Below are positions 25,361 through 35,155 of a stretch of 64,000 bases of DNA, piece by piece. Location: the NCBI GenBank assembly GCA_964600695.1, contig CAZRKK010000002.1:5354-69353 (forward strand). Reading direction: 5' to 3'. The DNA comes from an uncultured Candidatus Saccharibacteria bacterium (GTDB lineage Bacteria; Patescibacteriota; Doudnabacteria; UBA920). Under the pieces are notes generated by a model that worked only from the letters and a program-made list of their open reading frames with translations, had not been told where the DNA came from and did no database searches. The translations under genes and the position numbers were made by a program. How positions within the stretch are numbered: the stretch's first letter is position 1; each line of letters opens with the position of its first letter.

Positions 25361-26995
25361 ATGTTTACTAACCCAGAACAAAAAAATAAAAAGATTACCT
25401 TTGCAGTAATAGCGATGGCGGTCGTTGCTTTGGCCGTGGTAACAATATGGCAACCAGGAGAGTTAAGCTTCACGGATAAAACAGATTACAATGCTGAGAC
25501 ACAAAGAGCTCAGGCTGAATTAGCACAATACAAAGCCTTTTTAGCGGAACTTGAACCAAATTACGAAGCTAGTCAACAGTTATTAAAAAAGATTGCTAGT
25601 GCAGATGTAGTTCGTGCAGAAGTTGAGCAGACTTTACAGACAAAGCAGAAAATTGTTATTCCACAAATCGCCAACTCCGAATTAAATATCAGCGATCGTA
25701 AGGATAAAGACTTTGTTTTAAATTATTTGAACACAGTTAGTTCCATGGTGGCTAATTACAAAAATGCAGTTCAACCCGGAACTAATGATTTATTTGTTGA
25801 TAATGCCAACTCTGCTAGTTTGGCTAGGGCTAAGTCGGAAACCGATAGATTTTTAGCAAATTTACGCGGTGTGTCTGTGCCTGCTAGTTTAGTTGAATTA
25901 CACAAAGCTAATATTGTTTCTTTTCAAAAGTACGGACAAATTTTTAATGATGCAGCAAGTTATAGCGAGGGAAGTAACATCGATCCATGGCCAAGTTTCT
26001 ACCAGAGTTACGCTGTGATCGATAATAGATTAGCTGTAGTAAGTAACGAATTAACAAAAGTTGGAAATCAGTTTGCTTTAGCCGAAGAGTTAGAGCGCGC
26101 AACAGGGCCACCATTTATTAAAGTAGCTCAAGCTCAATTAGGTGGTGTGGTAGTAGTTTCTACAGATTTAAAGCGTGATATTTTGGAAGGCATTAAAGAA
26201 GGTTTGGCTAAGTCTTTTGCAAACTTTTCCATGAAGATGCTAGATAAATTAGTCTCTCATATCGAAAAAAGTTTTGCTATTGCTAGTCAACTATATTATT
26301 CCAATGAGCTTGGTAGGTTCTATTCTGTTGAGTATATGAAGAAATTTGTTTCTGATCCACTGGACCAAAGTATTATCCAAAAGTTTTTACCCGAATACTT
26401 TTGTATCGCGCCAAACAAAAAAGATTTGAATAAAATCTTTGTAGCCAAGGCAGCCGAAAATGTGGGTAATGATATAACCATTAATCCGAATGATCCAGAC
26501 TTTGTAGAAAAACTAGCACGGTTGGGAAGTGATGAAAAAAATTATCCACAATGGTGGGAAGGTTACTATCAAGGTTTGGCAGCACAAACAAAGGCAGAGG
26601 CCGAAAGTGCTTCTACTAAAGAAGTTTTGAGCCCTGGAGTAAAAACCGGGAGAGACATAATTACTAACCAAGTTAACAAAACAGTTTCGGCAATTTTCAG
26701 TGTACAAGAAGCGGCAATTTCTGGAGCAATTAACTTAGGAACCAATAACACAGGTAGCCCTGTGAGTCAGTTAGTTTCTGGTGTGGTAGAAGGCTTGGTT
26801 AATAAATTTGTGTTTACCCCAATAAGTGGTGGAGCTTCTAGTGGCGGTGGGATTGGCGTTATCCAAGAAAAAAATGTTTGTCTACAAACTCAAGAGATTA
26901 AGCCTTTGATTCCATTACCTTCATCGGAATACGAAACACCTACAGGAACAACTACAGCTCCAGTTACATCACCACCGTTTGTACCACGTAATTAA
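25361..26995 (+). CDS. membrane-anchored or secreted hypothetical protein
   Basis: 544 aa with N-terminal TM helix (ITFAVIAMAVVALAVVTIW) and a G/S/T/P-rich C-terminus. No family recognised. Confidence 0.55.
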   Translation: MFTNPEQKNKKITFAVIAMAVVALAVVTIWQPGELSFTDKTDYNAETQRAQAELAQYKAFLAELEPNYEASQQLLKKIASADVVRAEVEQTLQTKQKIVIPQIANSELNISDRKDKDFVLNYLNTVSSMVANYKNAVQPGTNDLFVDNANSASLARAKSETDRFLANLRGVSVPASLVELHKANIVSFQKYGQIFNDAASYSEGSNIDPWPSFYQSYAVIDNRLAVVSNELTKVGNQFALAEELERATGPPFIKVAQAQLGGVVVVSTDLKRDILEGIKEGLAKSFANFSMKMLDKLVSHIEKSFAIASQLYYSNELGRFYSVEYMKKFVSDPLDQSIIQKFLPEYFCIAPNKKDLNKIFVAKAAENVGNDITINPNDPDFVEKLARLGSDEKNYPQWWEGYYQGLAAQTKAEAESASTKEVLSPGVKTGRDIITNQVNKTVSAIFSVQEAAISGAINLGTNNTGSPVSQLVSGVVEGLVNKFVFTPISGGASSGGGIGVIQEKNVCLQTQEIKPLIPLPSSEYETPTGTTTAPVTSPPFVPRN

Positions 26996-27017
26996 GGAAT
27001 TAATTTTTAGTTTAACC

Positions 27018-28238
27018 ATGAATGATTTAGAAACTCAACAATCAAATAATAATTCAGAAATCACCGGCCAAAAACTTGGTATCGTTGTGTTGGCTCTGGT
27101 GTTTGGTATTGTCGGAGGGTTATACGGATCATTAGATTTAGCTCGTCGACCATTTTTCCAAAAGATATTTGGTGGAAATAATTCAACCAATTCTGGATAC
27201 ACTCAAAATTTAGTTTTAAACGAACAATCAGCTACAACCGATGTTGTAAAAAAGGCTGGTCCAGCAGTGGTCTCGATAGTAGTTTCCAAAGATATTAGTC
27301 AATCACAGCAATTTAGGTTTGACCCATTTAACTTTTTTGGGCAGATGCCTAACCAAAATTTACCTAAAACACCAAATGTTCAAGAAGTGGGTGCTGGGAG
27401 TGGGTTTTTTGTTAGCAGTGATGGGATGATTATGACTAATAAGCATGTGGTCAGTGATACATCGGCAAAGTATTCTGTAATTACTAACGATGGAAAATCT
27501 TATGATGCCACGGTATTATCTTTAGACCCAACAAATGATATCGCCATTATAAAAATTGATATTAAAGACGCACCATTTTTGGAGTTAGCAGATTCTAGTC
27601 AATTGCAGTTAGGTCAACATGTTATAGCAATCGGAAATTCTTTAGGTCAATATCAAAACACTGTAACTACTGGAATTATCTCCGGTATTGGTAGAAGTAT
27701 TACCGCAGGTGGAGCAGGGGAATTGGAACAGCTAGATGGTGTTATCCAAACTGATGCTGCGATAAACTCTGGTAATTCTGGTGGGCCTTTACTTGATCTT
27801 GCTGGAAGAGTTGTGGGTATCAACACCGCTGTTGACCAACAGGGCCAATCTATTGGTTTTGCTTTACCTGCTAATGATGTAAAAATTGCTCTAGAGAGTT
27901 ATAAGAAAGACGGCAAGATTACTCGACCATATTTGGGAGTTAGATATTTTATGATCACTGATGCCATTGCGAAGACAGAAAAGTTACCTAAAGATTATGG
28001 TGCATTTATAGTCGGTGGTAATAATGCAGACGCCGCTGTTGTACCTGGTAGTCCAGCCGATCAAGCAGGTCTTAAAGAGAATGATATTATTTTAGAAATT
28101 GAAGGAAATAAGTTAACAGATAATTATTCATTATCTAGAGCAATGAAGAAGTATCGACCTAACGATCAGGTGAGTATAAAAATTTTTAGAGATGGTGAAG
28201 AAAAAAATGTAACAGTAACATTAGGCGAAACTAAATGA
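27018..28238 (+). CDS. htrA: HtrA/DegP-family serine protease with PDZ domain
   Basis: Catalytic His (TNKHVV), Asp (NDIAIIKI) and Ser (GNSGGPLLD), with a C-terminal PDZ-like region. I prefer the ATG at 27018 over the TTG at 26979. Confidence 0.88.
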   Translation: MNDLETQQSNNNSEITGQKLGIVVLALVFGIVGGLYGSLDLARRPFFQKIFGGNNSTNSGYTQNLVLNEQSATTDVVKKAGPAVVSIVVSKDISQSQQFRFDPFNFFGQMPNQNLPKTPNVQEVGAGSGFFVSSDGMIMTNKHVVSDTSAKYSVITNDGKSYDATVLSLDPTNDIAIIKIDIKDAPFLELADSSQLQLGQHVIAIGNSLGQYQNTVTTGIISGIGRSITAGGAGELEQLDGVIQTDAAINSGNSGGPLLDLAGRVVGINTAVDQQGQSIGFALPANDVKIALESYKKDGKITRPYLGVRYFMITDAIAKTEKLPKDYGAFIVGGNNADAAVVPGSPADQAGLKENDIILEIEGNKLTDNYSLSRAMKKYRPNDQVSIKIFRDGEEKNVTVTLGETK

Positions 28239-28639
28239 AGATATTAGGAATGGATTATGGTACTAAACGAATTGGCTTAGCTATTTCGGACGAGACTCAT
28301 ACTTTGGCTAGGGAATATGCCATTTGGCCAGCAGTAGAAGTTGATGATGAGTTCTGGAAAAAACTTGCTGAGCTTATAGAAGCCGAAGATATAGAAAAAA
28401 TTGTTCTAGGGATGCCACTGAATATGTCTGGTGAGTCAACTCAAAAATCTGAAGAGGTCCAAAAGTTTAATCAAGTTTTACAAGAGCAAGTAAGTGTACC
28501 AGTGGAATTAGTTGATGAAAGACTCTCGAGTGTGATGGCCGAAAACTTATCTGGGCAAATGTCCGGCCAGCACCATCAAATAGATAGCTTAGCCGCTCAA
28601 ATCTTCTTACAAAATTATTTAAACCAAAATAAAAAATAA
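28235..28639 (+). CDS. ruvX: YqgF/RuvX putative pre-16S rRNA nuclease (Holliday junction resolvase-like)
   Basis: MKILGMDYGTKRIGLAISDE N-terminus. ATGA start/stop overlap with htrA. Confidence 0.88.
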   Translation: MKILGMDYGTKRIGLAISDETHTLAREYAIWPAVEVDDEFWKKLAELIEAEDIEKIVLGMPLNMSGESTQKSEEVQKFNQVLQEQVSVPVELVDERLSSVMAENLSGQMSGQHHQIDSLAAQIFLQNYLNQNKK

Positions 28640-28641
28640 CA

Positions 28642-29664
28642 ATGTCACAATTTAGACGCAATCCAATCAATAAACAGTGGGTATTAATTGCCCCAGGTCG
28701 CGGCAAACGACCTGAGGATTTTCGAACATACAGTGTAAGTTATGGGCTTCCAGAGCTTGACCCGACTTGTATTTTTTGTCCAGGAAATGAAGGAAAAAAC
28801 CCAGACTTGTCAACTGATTCTAGTCGAATTCCAAATAATAAGGATTGGCAATTGCGTGTGATTCCTAATAAGTTCCGGTCGTTGGAGCAGACTAAAGTTT
28901 ATAGTAATAAGGATTTTTATGAATCTCGCTCTGGTTATGGTGATCACGAAGTAATTATTACTCGTAAACATAATGAACCACCGGCTTTGCAATCCGCAGT
29001 GCTTGTTCAACAAAGTTTGAAGTTATTCCAGGATCGGATTAAAGAAATTCAAAAAGACCCAGAGATAAATTATGTTCAAATATTCCACAATCATGGTCGT
29101 GATGCTGGGGCTTCGTTGGTTCATCCTCATTACCAAATTTTAGCGACTCCAATGGTGCCTCCTCATGTACATGAGGAACTTCGTGGTTGTTACCATCATT
29201 ATCAAGAGACTGGTAAGTGTTTGTATTGCGAGATAGTCAAAGAAGAGCTTAAGCATAAAGATCGAATCGTTTATGAAGATGATTATTTTGTAGTCATGTC
29301 TGCTTATGCATCTCGTAGTCCGTTTGAGACTTGGATTTTGCCAAAACGTCATCATTCCAGATTCGAAACAACTTCTGATGTGGAATTACTTCACTTAGCT
29401 CATGTCTTAAAAAAAGTACTCGGTACATTATATGTGAAGCTTGCTGACCCCCCTTTGAATTATTATATTCATACTATGCCTCGCTCGAGTGATAAGCATT
29501 TAGTGCACGAAGAGAAAAGTTACCACTGGCATTTAACAGTATTCCCACGTTTAACTATTTGGGCAGGCTTTGAATATGGAACAGGGATTCCTGTAAACCC
29601 AATGCCTCCAGAAGAGACAGCTAAGTTTTTAAGAGGGGATGCAAATCTTGGGAGGTCTAACTAA
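28642..29664 (+). CDS. galT: galactose-1-phosphate uridylyltransferase-like HIT-family nucleotidyltransferase
   Basis: R.NP....WVLIAP.R..RP, CIFCPGNE and the HPHYQI histidine-triad-type motif. Confidence 0.75.
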   Translation: MSQFRRNPINKQWVLIAPGRGKRPEDFRTYSVSYGLPELDPTCIFCPGNEGKNPDLSTDSSRIPNNKDWQLRVIPNKFRSLEQTKVYSNKDFYESRSGYGDHEVIITRKHNEPPALQSAVLVQQSLKLFQDRIKEIQKDPEINYVQIFHNHGRDAGASLVHPHYQILATPMVPPHVHEELRGCYHHYQETGKCLYCEIVKEELKHKDRIVYEDDYFVVMSAYASRSPFETWILPKRHHSRFETTSDVELLHLAHVLKKVLGTLYVKLADPPLNYYIHTMPRSSDKHLVHEEKSYHWHLTVFPRLTIWAGFEYGTGIPVNPMPPEETAKFLRGDANLGRSN

Positions 29665-30347
29665 TGTCAAAAATAATTATTGCTAACTGGAAGCTGAATC
29701 CTATGACTGCTCGCGAGGCTACAGATTTAGCAAGAAAAATTGATGTAGTTTCTAAATATGAAGTTGTGTTATGTCCACCAACTCCATTTTTGGGAGTGAT
29801 TGAATATATGCACAAAGGAGCTCAAGATGTCAGCTCTCAAATTAAAGGACCCTACACTGGTCAAATTTCGAGTGCCAACCTAGCAAGCCTTGGAGTGACT
29901 TATTGCATAGTTGGTCATAGTGAAAGAAGAGCTTTAGGCGAAACCGACACACAAATCAACGAAAAAATTCATGCTTTGCTAGATTATAAAATTACTCCAA
30001 TTTTGTGTGTTGGCTATGGCACAGCAGTGAATCAGGACGAACTAGAAGTTACAGATGTATTAGCTTCTCAACTCCGACAAGATTTAGATGAAGTTGATGT
30101 TAAAAAAGTTATTGTCGCTTACGAACCAGTATGGGCAATCGGTTCTGGAAGGCCAGCTACACCAGATCACGCCGAGCAAATTGCTTTGTATATCAGTACA
30201 AAGTTTGGAGTACGGTCTGTGATATATGGTGGTAGTGTAAATAGTACTAATAGCGCTAACTTTTTAAGTCAGCATAATGTTGGCGGTCTATTGGTTGGTG
30301 GAGCTTCATTGCTTGCCGACGATTTTAATAAAATTATTCAGTCATAA
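29664..30347 (+). CDS. tpiA: triosephosphate isomerase
   Basis: IIANWKLN, VGHSERR, AYEPVWAIGSG, IYGGSV motifs. Confidence 0.92.
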   Translation: MSKIIIANWKLNPMTAREATDLARKIDVVSKYEVVLCPPTPFLGVIEYMHKGAQDVSSQIKGPYTGQISSANLASLGVTYCIVGHSERRALGETDTQINEKIHALLDYKITPILCVGYGTAVNQDELEVTDVLASQLRQDLDEVDVKKVIVAYEPVWAIGSGRPATPDHAEQIALYISTKFGVRSVIYGGSVNSTNSANFLSQHNVGGLLVGGASLLADDFNKIIQS

Positions 30348-30370
30348 CGCGGCTCAGCCGCAATACAAAA

Positions 30371-30841
30371 ATGATTTACATTGGAGCCGATCACGGCGGA
30401 TACAAATTAAAGGAACATATTAAAAAGTTTTTAGTTAAAGAGTGGAACCGAGAGTCTGGTGGCCAACAGCTCGAACTAAAGGATCTTGGAGCAAGCAAGT
30501 TTAAAGATGGGGATGATTACCCTGATTATGCTGCCAGAGTAGCTAAGCAGGTTTCCGCAAATCCTTTAGCTAATTTAGGAATCTTGATTTGTCGCAGTGG
30601 GCAAGGTGTATGCATAGTGGCTAATAAGTTTAAAGGGGTTCGAGCAGTATTAGTATGGAACGAACTCGAAGCCAAAATGAGTAGAAATGACGATATGAGC
30701 AACGTGTTATGTTTGCCAAGTGATTATATAGATACAAAGATGGCAGAAAAGATTGTTAAGGCGTGGCTCGAGACGCCATTTTCGACGGAGCAGAGGCATA
30801 TGCGACGTGTGAAGAAGATCAGTGCTTTAGAAAATAATTAG
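30371..30841 (+). CDS. rpiB: ribose-5-phosphate isomerase B
   Basis: IYIGADHGGYKLKEHI and ICRSGQGVCIVANK (RpiB/LacAB family). Confidence 0.87.
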   Translation: MIYIGADHGGYKLKEHIKKFLVKEWNRESGGQQLELKDLGASKFKDGDDYPDYAARVAKQVSANPLANLGILICRSGQGVCIVANKFKGVRAVLVWNELEAKMSRNDDMSNVLCLPSDYIDTKMAEKIVKAWLETPFSTEQRHMRRVKKISALENN

Positions 30842-30850
30842 AAAACATAA

Positions 30851-31489
30851 ATGCTTATTCCGGCAATATTAGAAAATAATAAAAAGAAATATTTAGAAAA
30901 TCTAAAAGCAGTTTTAGCATTGAAGAATATCAAGTCTATACAAATAGATTTTGCCGATGGGGAATTTGTGGCCACTAAAACTTTACCAATCGCCGAGATA
31001 GAACTTCCTGCAAGGTCTAAAATTTTGTTCGAAGCACATTTGATGGTTAAAGAACCCAAGGATTTTGTTTTGTATCAAAAGGCTGGGTTTAAAAAAATCA
31101 TCGTTCATTACGAAGCTTTTAAAAGTGAACTTGATTTAGAAGCAGCTATAGAAGAAATAAAAAAGTTAAAAATGATTCCTGCAATAGCCATTTCTCCAAC
31201 TAGTGAAATTTCTGTAATTCGTTATCATACTGATACAATCAAGGACTTCACTTTGTTGGCTGTGGTTCCGGGTAGGCAAGGACAAAAAATGTTACCAGAA
31301 ACTTTTGATCGACTTCGAGAATTAAGAGATCATGCCCCAGGTGCAAATATCGAGATAGATGGCGGAGTTGATGGTAAAAATATTGCTTCTTTAATAGACG
31401 CCGGCGCAACAGATTGCGTAGCAGGTTCAAGTTTACTAAGAGGTGATATTAAAGAGAATTATAAAGTGCTTATGGAGGCTTTAAAATAA
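30851..31489 (+). CDS. rpe: ribulose-phosphate 3-epimerase (divergent)
   Basis: 212 aa with IDFADGEFV, HLMV, VHYEA, VVPGRQGQK and IEIDGGV, aligned with the Rpe barrel pattern. Confidence 0.72.
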   Translation: MLIPAILENNKKKYLENLKAVLALKNIKSIQIDFADGEFVATKTLPIAEIELPARSKILFEAHLMVKEPKDFVLYQKAGFKKIIVHYEAFKSELDLEAAIEEIKKLKMIPAIAISPTSEISVIRYHTDTIKDFTLLAVVPGRQGQKMLPETFDRLRELRDHAPGANIEIDGGVDGKNIASLIDAGATDCVAGSSLLRGDIKENYKVLMEALK

Positions 31490-32340
31490 TGTCAAAACTT
31501 TCATCAACAGATTTACAACTAACTGCTAATAAAATTCGAGAAGATATTATCAGTATGTTAGTGGAGGCGGGGAGTGGTCACAGCGCCGGACCTTTAGGTA
31601 TGGCTGATGTTTTCACTGCTTTGTATTTTGAAGTCATGAATATTAATCCTCATGACCCTAATTGGGAAGAACGTGATTGGTTAATTTTATCGTGTGGCCA
31701 TATTTGTCCAGTGTTGTACGCAACAATGTCTGAACGTGGCTATTTCCCAGCGTCAGAATTAAAATCGCTTCGCAAGCTTGGTACTCGTTTGCAAGGACAT
31801 CCTCATAACTTATCTTTACCTGGCATAGAAACAACTAGCGGACCCTTAGCACAGGGTGCTTCTCAGGCTGTGGGAGTAGCTTTAGCAATGCGGATGAGTG
31901 GTAAAAAGAATCGTGTTTATTTAGTGATGTCGGATGGTGAGCAAAATGAAGGTCAGATTTGGGAAGCTGTTATGTTGGCTGGCAAAGAAAAACTTCATAA
32001 TCTTACTGCCATTATAGACCGCAATAATATTCAAATTGATGGTTATACAGAAGATGTTATGCCTTTGGACAATTTGAAAGCAAAGTACGAAGCCTTTAAT
32101 TGGCACGTTATAGAAGTTGATGGACACAATATTCAGGCAGTGATTAATGCCTATCGTGAAGCAGAGGCGGTGTATGAAAAACCAACAGTCATTATTGCGC
32201 ATACCATTCCAGGGAAGGGCGTGGACTTTATGGAGGGTAAGTTTGAATGGCATGGTAAACCACCAAAAGCTGACGAAGCCAAATTAGCTCTGCAAGAGCT
32301 ACGTACATTGCAAGGAAAAATTAAAAGTGAACATGAATAA
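31489..32340 (+). CDS. tkt: transketolase, N-terminal (TPP-binding) subunit
   Basis: GSGHSAGPLGMADV, GHP and SDGEQNEGQIWEA motifs. 283 aa, the split-type subunit. Confidence 0.9.
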   Translation: MSKLSSTDLQLTANKIREDIISMLVEAGSGHSAGPLGMADVFTALYFEVMNINPHDPNWEERDWLILSCGHICPVLYATMSERGYFPASELKSLRKLGTRLQGHPHNLSLPGIETTSGPLAQGASQAVGVALAMRMSGKKNRVYLVMSDGEQNEGQIWEAVMLAGKEKLHNLTAIIDRNNIQIDGYTEDVMPLDNLKAKYEAFNWHVIEVDGHNIQAVINAYREAEAVYEKPTVIIAHTIPGKGVDFMEGKFEWHGKPPKADEAKLALQELRTLQGKIKSEHE

Positions 32341-32367
32341 TTTTATTAATATAATTAACCAAAAATC

Positions 32368-34125
32368 ATGACAATTCTAATAGGGCTTATTGTAATAATA
32401 TTTTTAATTACTTTAAGCAGAAGAGTTTCTAAAATTGAAGATGCTCTTAAAATCAATCCTGCATTAGGTCGGGCTGTACAACAGCCAGTACCACAGCCAC
32501 AAACCGCACAACCATTACAAGTTGCTCAAACAGCAAAGGTTGCCCAAAAAGCTAGTGCTACTCAACCGGTTGTTGTTGAAACTAATCATCTTGATTCAAA
32601 ATCTTTTGTTAATGCCTTGCCAAAAATTGGGGTCATTGCTCTAGTATTTGGTTTAGCATTTTTCCTAAAATATGCGATTGATCAAGGATGGATTAGTGAA
32701 TCTTTGCGTTTGGGTTTGGGTGCAGTGGTTGGTGGATTGTTATTGGTTCTATTTTATTTATGGAAAGAAAAATATGCTAAGTATGCCTTAGTCTTGGCTG
32801 GTGGAGGATTAGCTATTTGGTATTTAACAATTTTTGCAGCAGTAGAAATGTATGCCATGTTGAGCATGAATGGTGGATTAATCATTTTGTCGATAGTTAC
32901 TATAATCGGTTTATTGCTGGCATATAAAACAAAGTCTCCGAGTTTATCAGCTTTGGCTTGGGGAGGCGCATTTTTATCTCCAATCATATTGTCGTTTAAT
33001 TCCAGTTCTTATAGTTTAATGTTGATTTATATCAGCATCGTCGTGTTGGGATTACTAACATCTATTGTTTATACGAAGTCTTACAAATTATTTGCACTTA
33101 TAATTGCTGGAACTGCCGTTAACTTATTATTCGGGTTGTTCGCAGGATTGTTCACAGAAGAATATTATATTAGAACTCTAATCTTTTTAATAATCCATCT
33201 ATGTGCTAATACGTTTGTAATTACTAATCTTATTCGATCCGATAAAGCAGAGAATAAAGAAATAAATCAAACAGAGTTCGGGCTTTTATTAGTTTTGATA
33301 TTTGCAATTTTTGTGTTGCCAACAGCGTTGATTGCATACTTTAAGTTTAATGATTACTCTACACTTATCATGACTGCTTTGGCTGTTTGGACTTTCCTAA
33401 TTTATGCATTTATTGATCGATTAGAGCTCACTAAGCTTAATTATTTGTTGTCTGGGTTTGGCACATCTCTTTTAGTAATTAGTGTGATTTGGCAGTTTGG
33501 TGATAATTCTCAAGTAGTTATGTTTTATATTCTGGGTTTGGTGGGGATTATCGTTGGTTATATTCAAAAACGAGCGGAACTTCGAGCGTGGGGAGTTTCT
33601 ACAGTTATGGTTGGTCTAGTCTCAGCTTGTTTGGTTAGTTATGGTTCTGTTCCACAGTTGATTGTCACTCAAAAATTTGGTCTCGAAATGCTCGGGTTGG
33701 TAGCATTGGGTGTCGCATATATTTTCTTTAAGGAAGATCAACTCTCAGAATTCGAACATGATATTCATTTAGCAATTCAGTATCTCATAGCTGGATTTGC
33801 ATGGTTCTTTATTTCTTGGGACTTGTATAACTACTATTCTGCTTTCGACCAAGTTAATCAAAGAAATCTATCCTTAAGTTTGTGGTGGTTGGTTTATGCA
33901 ACACTCTTACTTGGAGCTTCTGTTACTCACGTTCTTAAACCTTTAAGAAAAGTAGGTTTGTTGCTATTTGGTTTAGTAATTATCAAAGTGTTTCTTTATG
34001 ACGTGCAGAGTCTAGATATGGTTTATAGAATAATTTCATTTATCAGTTTAGGTGTAATTCTGTTGGTGGTCTCATTTATCTATCAACACAACAAAGAAAA
34101 AATTATCAAATATATTGAATCTTAA
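32368..34125 (+). CDS. large polytopic membrane protein (DUF2339-like architecture)
   Basis: 585 aa: N-terminal TM helix, a P/Q-rich linker (QQPVPQPQTAQPLQVAQTAKVAQ), then more than 15 hydrophobic helices. Sits between the two transketolase subunit genes. Confidence 0.6.
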   Translation: MTILIGLIVIIFLITLSRRVSKIEDALKINPALGRAVQQPVPQPQTAQPLQVAQTAKVAQKASATQPVVVETNHLDSKSFVNALPKIGVIALVFGLAFFLKYAIDQGWISESLRLGLGAVVGGLLLVLFYLWKEKYAKYALVLAGGGLAIWYLTIFAAVEMYAMLSMNGGLIILSIVTIIGLLLAYKTKSPSLSALAWGGAFLSPIILSFNSSSYSLMLIYISIVVLGLLTSIVYTKSYKLFALIIAGTAVNLLFGLFAGLFTEEYYIRTLIFLIIHLCANTFVITNLIRSDKAENKEINQTEFGLLLVLIFAIFVLPTALIAYFKFNDYSTLIMTALAVWTFLIYAFIDRLELTKLNYLLSGFGTSLLVISVIWQFGDNSQVVMFYILGLVGIIVGYIQKRAELRAWGVSTVMVGLVSACLVSYGSVPQLIVTQKFGLEMLGLVALGVAYIFFKEDQLSEFEHDIHLAIQYLIAGFAWFFISWDLYNYYSAFDQVNQRNLSLSLWWLVYATLLLGASVTHVLKPLRKVGLLLFGLVIIKVFLYDVQSLDMVYRIISFISLGVILLVVSFIYQHNKEKIIKYIES

Positions 34126-35135
34126 TGTTTAACCCAACGCAAAAACTTAATCCCAAACTTAGCGTGATGAGCGCAAGCGATCTGGACAACCTAATAGAGC
34201 AAAAACCGACTCGGGATGGTTTTGGCGAAGCTTTGTTGCGTCTAGGTGAGCAAGACGAACGAATTGTTGTTCTAACCGGCGACTTAAAAGAAAGTACGCG
34301 CGTGCAAGCTTTTGCAGATAAATTTCCTGATAGATTTGTAGAATGTGGGGTTGCAGAACAAAATATGATGGGTGTGGCGGCAGGACTAGCGCTTGCAGGA
34401 AAAATCCCTTTTGCTGCTAGTTACGCTACTTTTAGCCCTGGACGTAATTGGGATCAATTTCGAGTCTCGGTTTGTTATAGCAAGGCTAATGTGAAGGTAA
34501 TAGGTGCTCATACAGGGGTTTCTGTGGGCCCTGACGGTGCAACTCATCAAGCTCTAGAAGATATAGCTATTACCCGTGTGCTTCCAAATTTAACTGTACT
34601 GCAACCAATCGACGCCATCGAAGCCTCAAAAGCAGTGATCGCGATGAGTGATATAGATGGGCCAGTGTATATTCGATTAACTAGAGAAAAAAGTCCTGTT
34701 ATTACAACGCCGGATTCTCCATTCGAAATTGGGAAAGCAAATATATTAAGAGATGGTACGGATGTAGCGATAATAGGGTGTGGCCCAATACTGTATAATG
34801 CTATTAAGGCCGCAGTAGAGTTAGAGAAACAAAATATTAGTGTTTTGATAATCAACAACCATACTATCAAGCCAATCGATAAAAATACTATTCTGTGGGC
34901 AGCTAAGTTAACTAAGGCGGTTGTGACAGTAGAAGAGCACCAAATAGATGGTGGCTTGGGAAGCGCAGTGGCAGAAGTCTTAGCCAGAAATTACCCTGTG
35001 CCTGTCGAGATGGTGGGGATGCCAAATACTTTTGGTGAAAGTGGAACCCCAGAAGAATTATTCGAAAAATATGGCATGGGTGTACAGTCTATAGTTAAGT
35101 CAATAAAGAAAGCGATATCTAGAAAACAAAGTTAA
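34125..35135 (+). CDS. tkt: transketolase, C-terminal (pyrimidine-binding) subunit
   Basis: TRDGFGEAL, ECGVAEQNMMGVAAGLA and GATHQALEDIA motifs. TAATG overlap with the upstream membrane gene. Confidence 0.9.
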   Translation: MFNPTQKLNPKLSVMSASDLDNLIEQKPTRDGFGEALLRLGEQDERIVVLTGDLKESTRVQAFADKFPDRFVECGVAEQNMMGVAAGLALAGKIPFAASYATFSPGRNWDQFRVSVCYSKANVKVIGAHTGVSVGPDGATHQALEDIAITRVLPNLTVLQPIDAIEASKAVIAMSDIDGPVYIRLTREKSPVITTPDSPFEIGKANILRDGTDVAIIGCGPILYNAIKAAVELEKQNISVLIINNHTIKPIDKNTILWAAKLTKAVVTVEEHQIDGGLGSAVAEVLARNYPVPVEMVGMPNTFGESGTPEELFEKYGMGVQSIVKSIKKAISRKQS

Positions 35136-35155
35136 AGAAATTATTAAAATAAATT

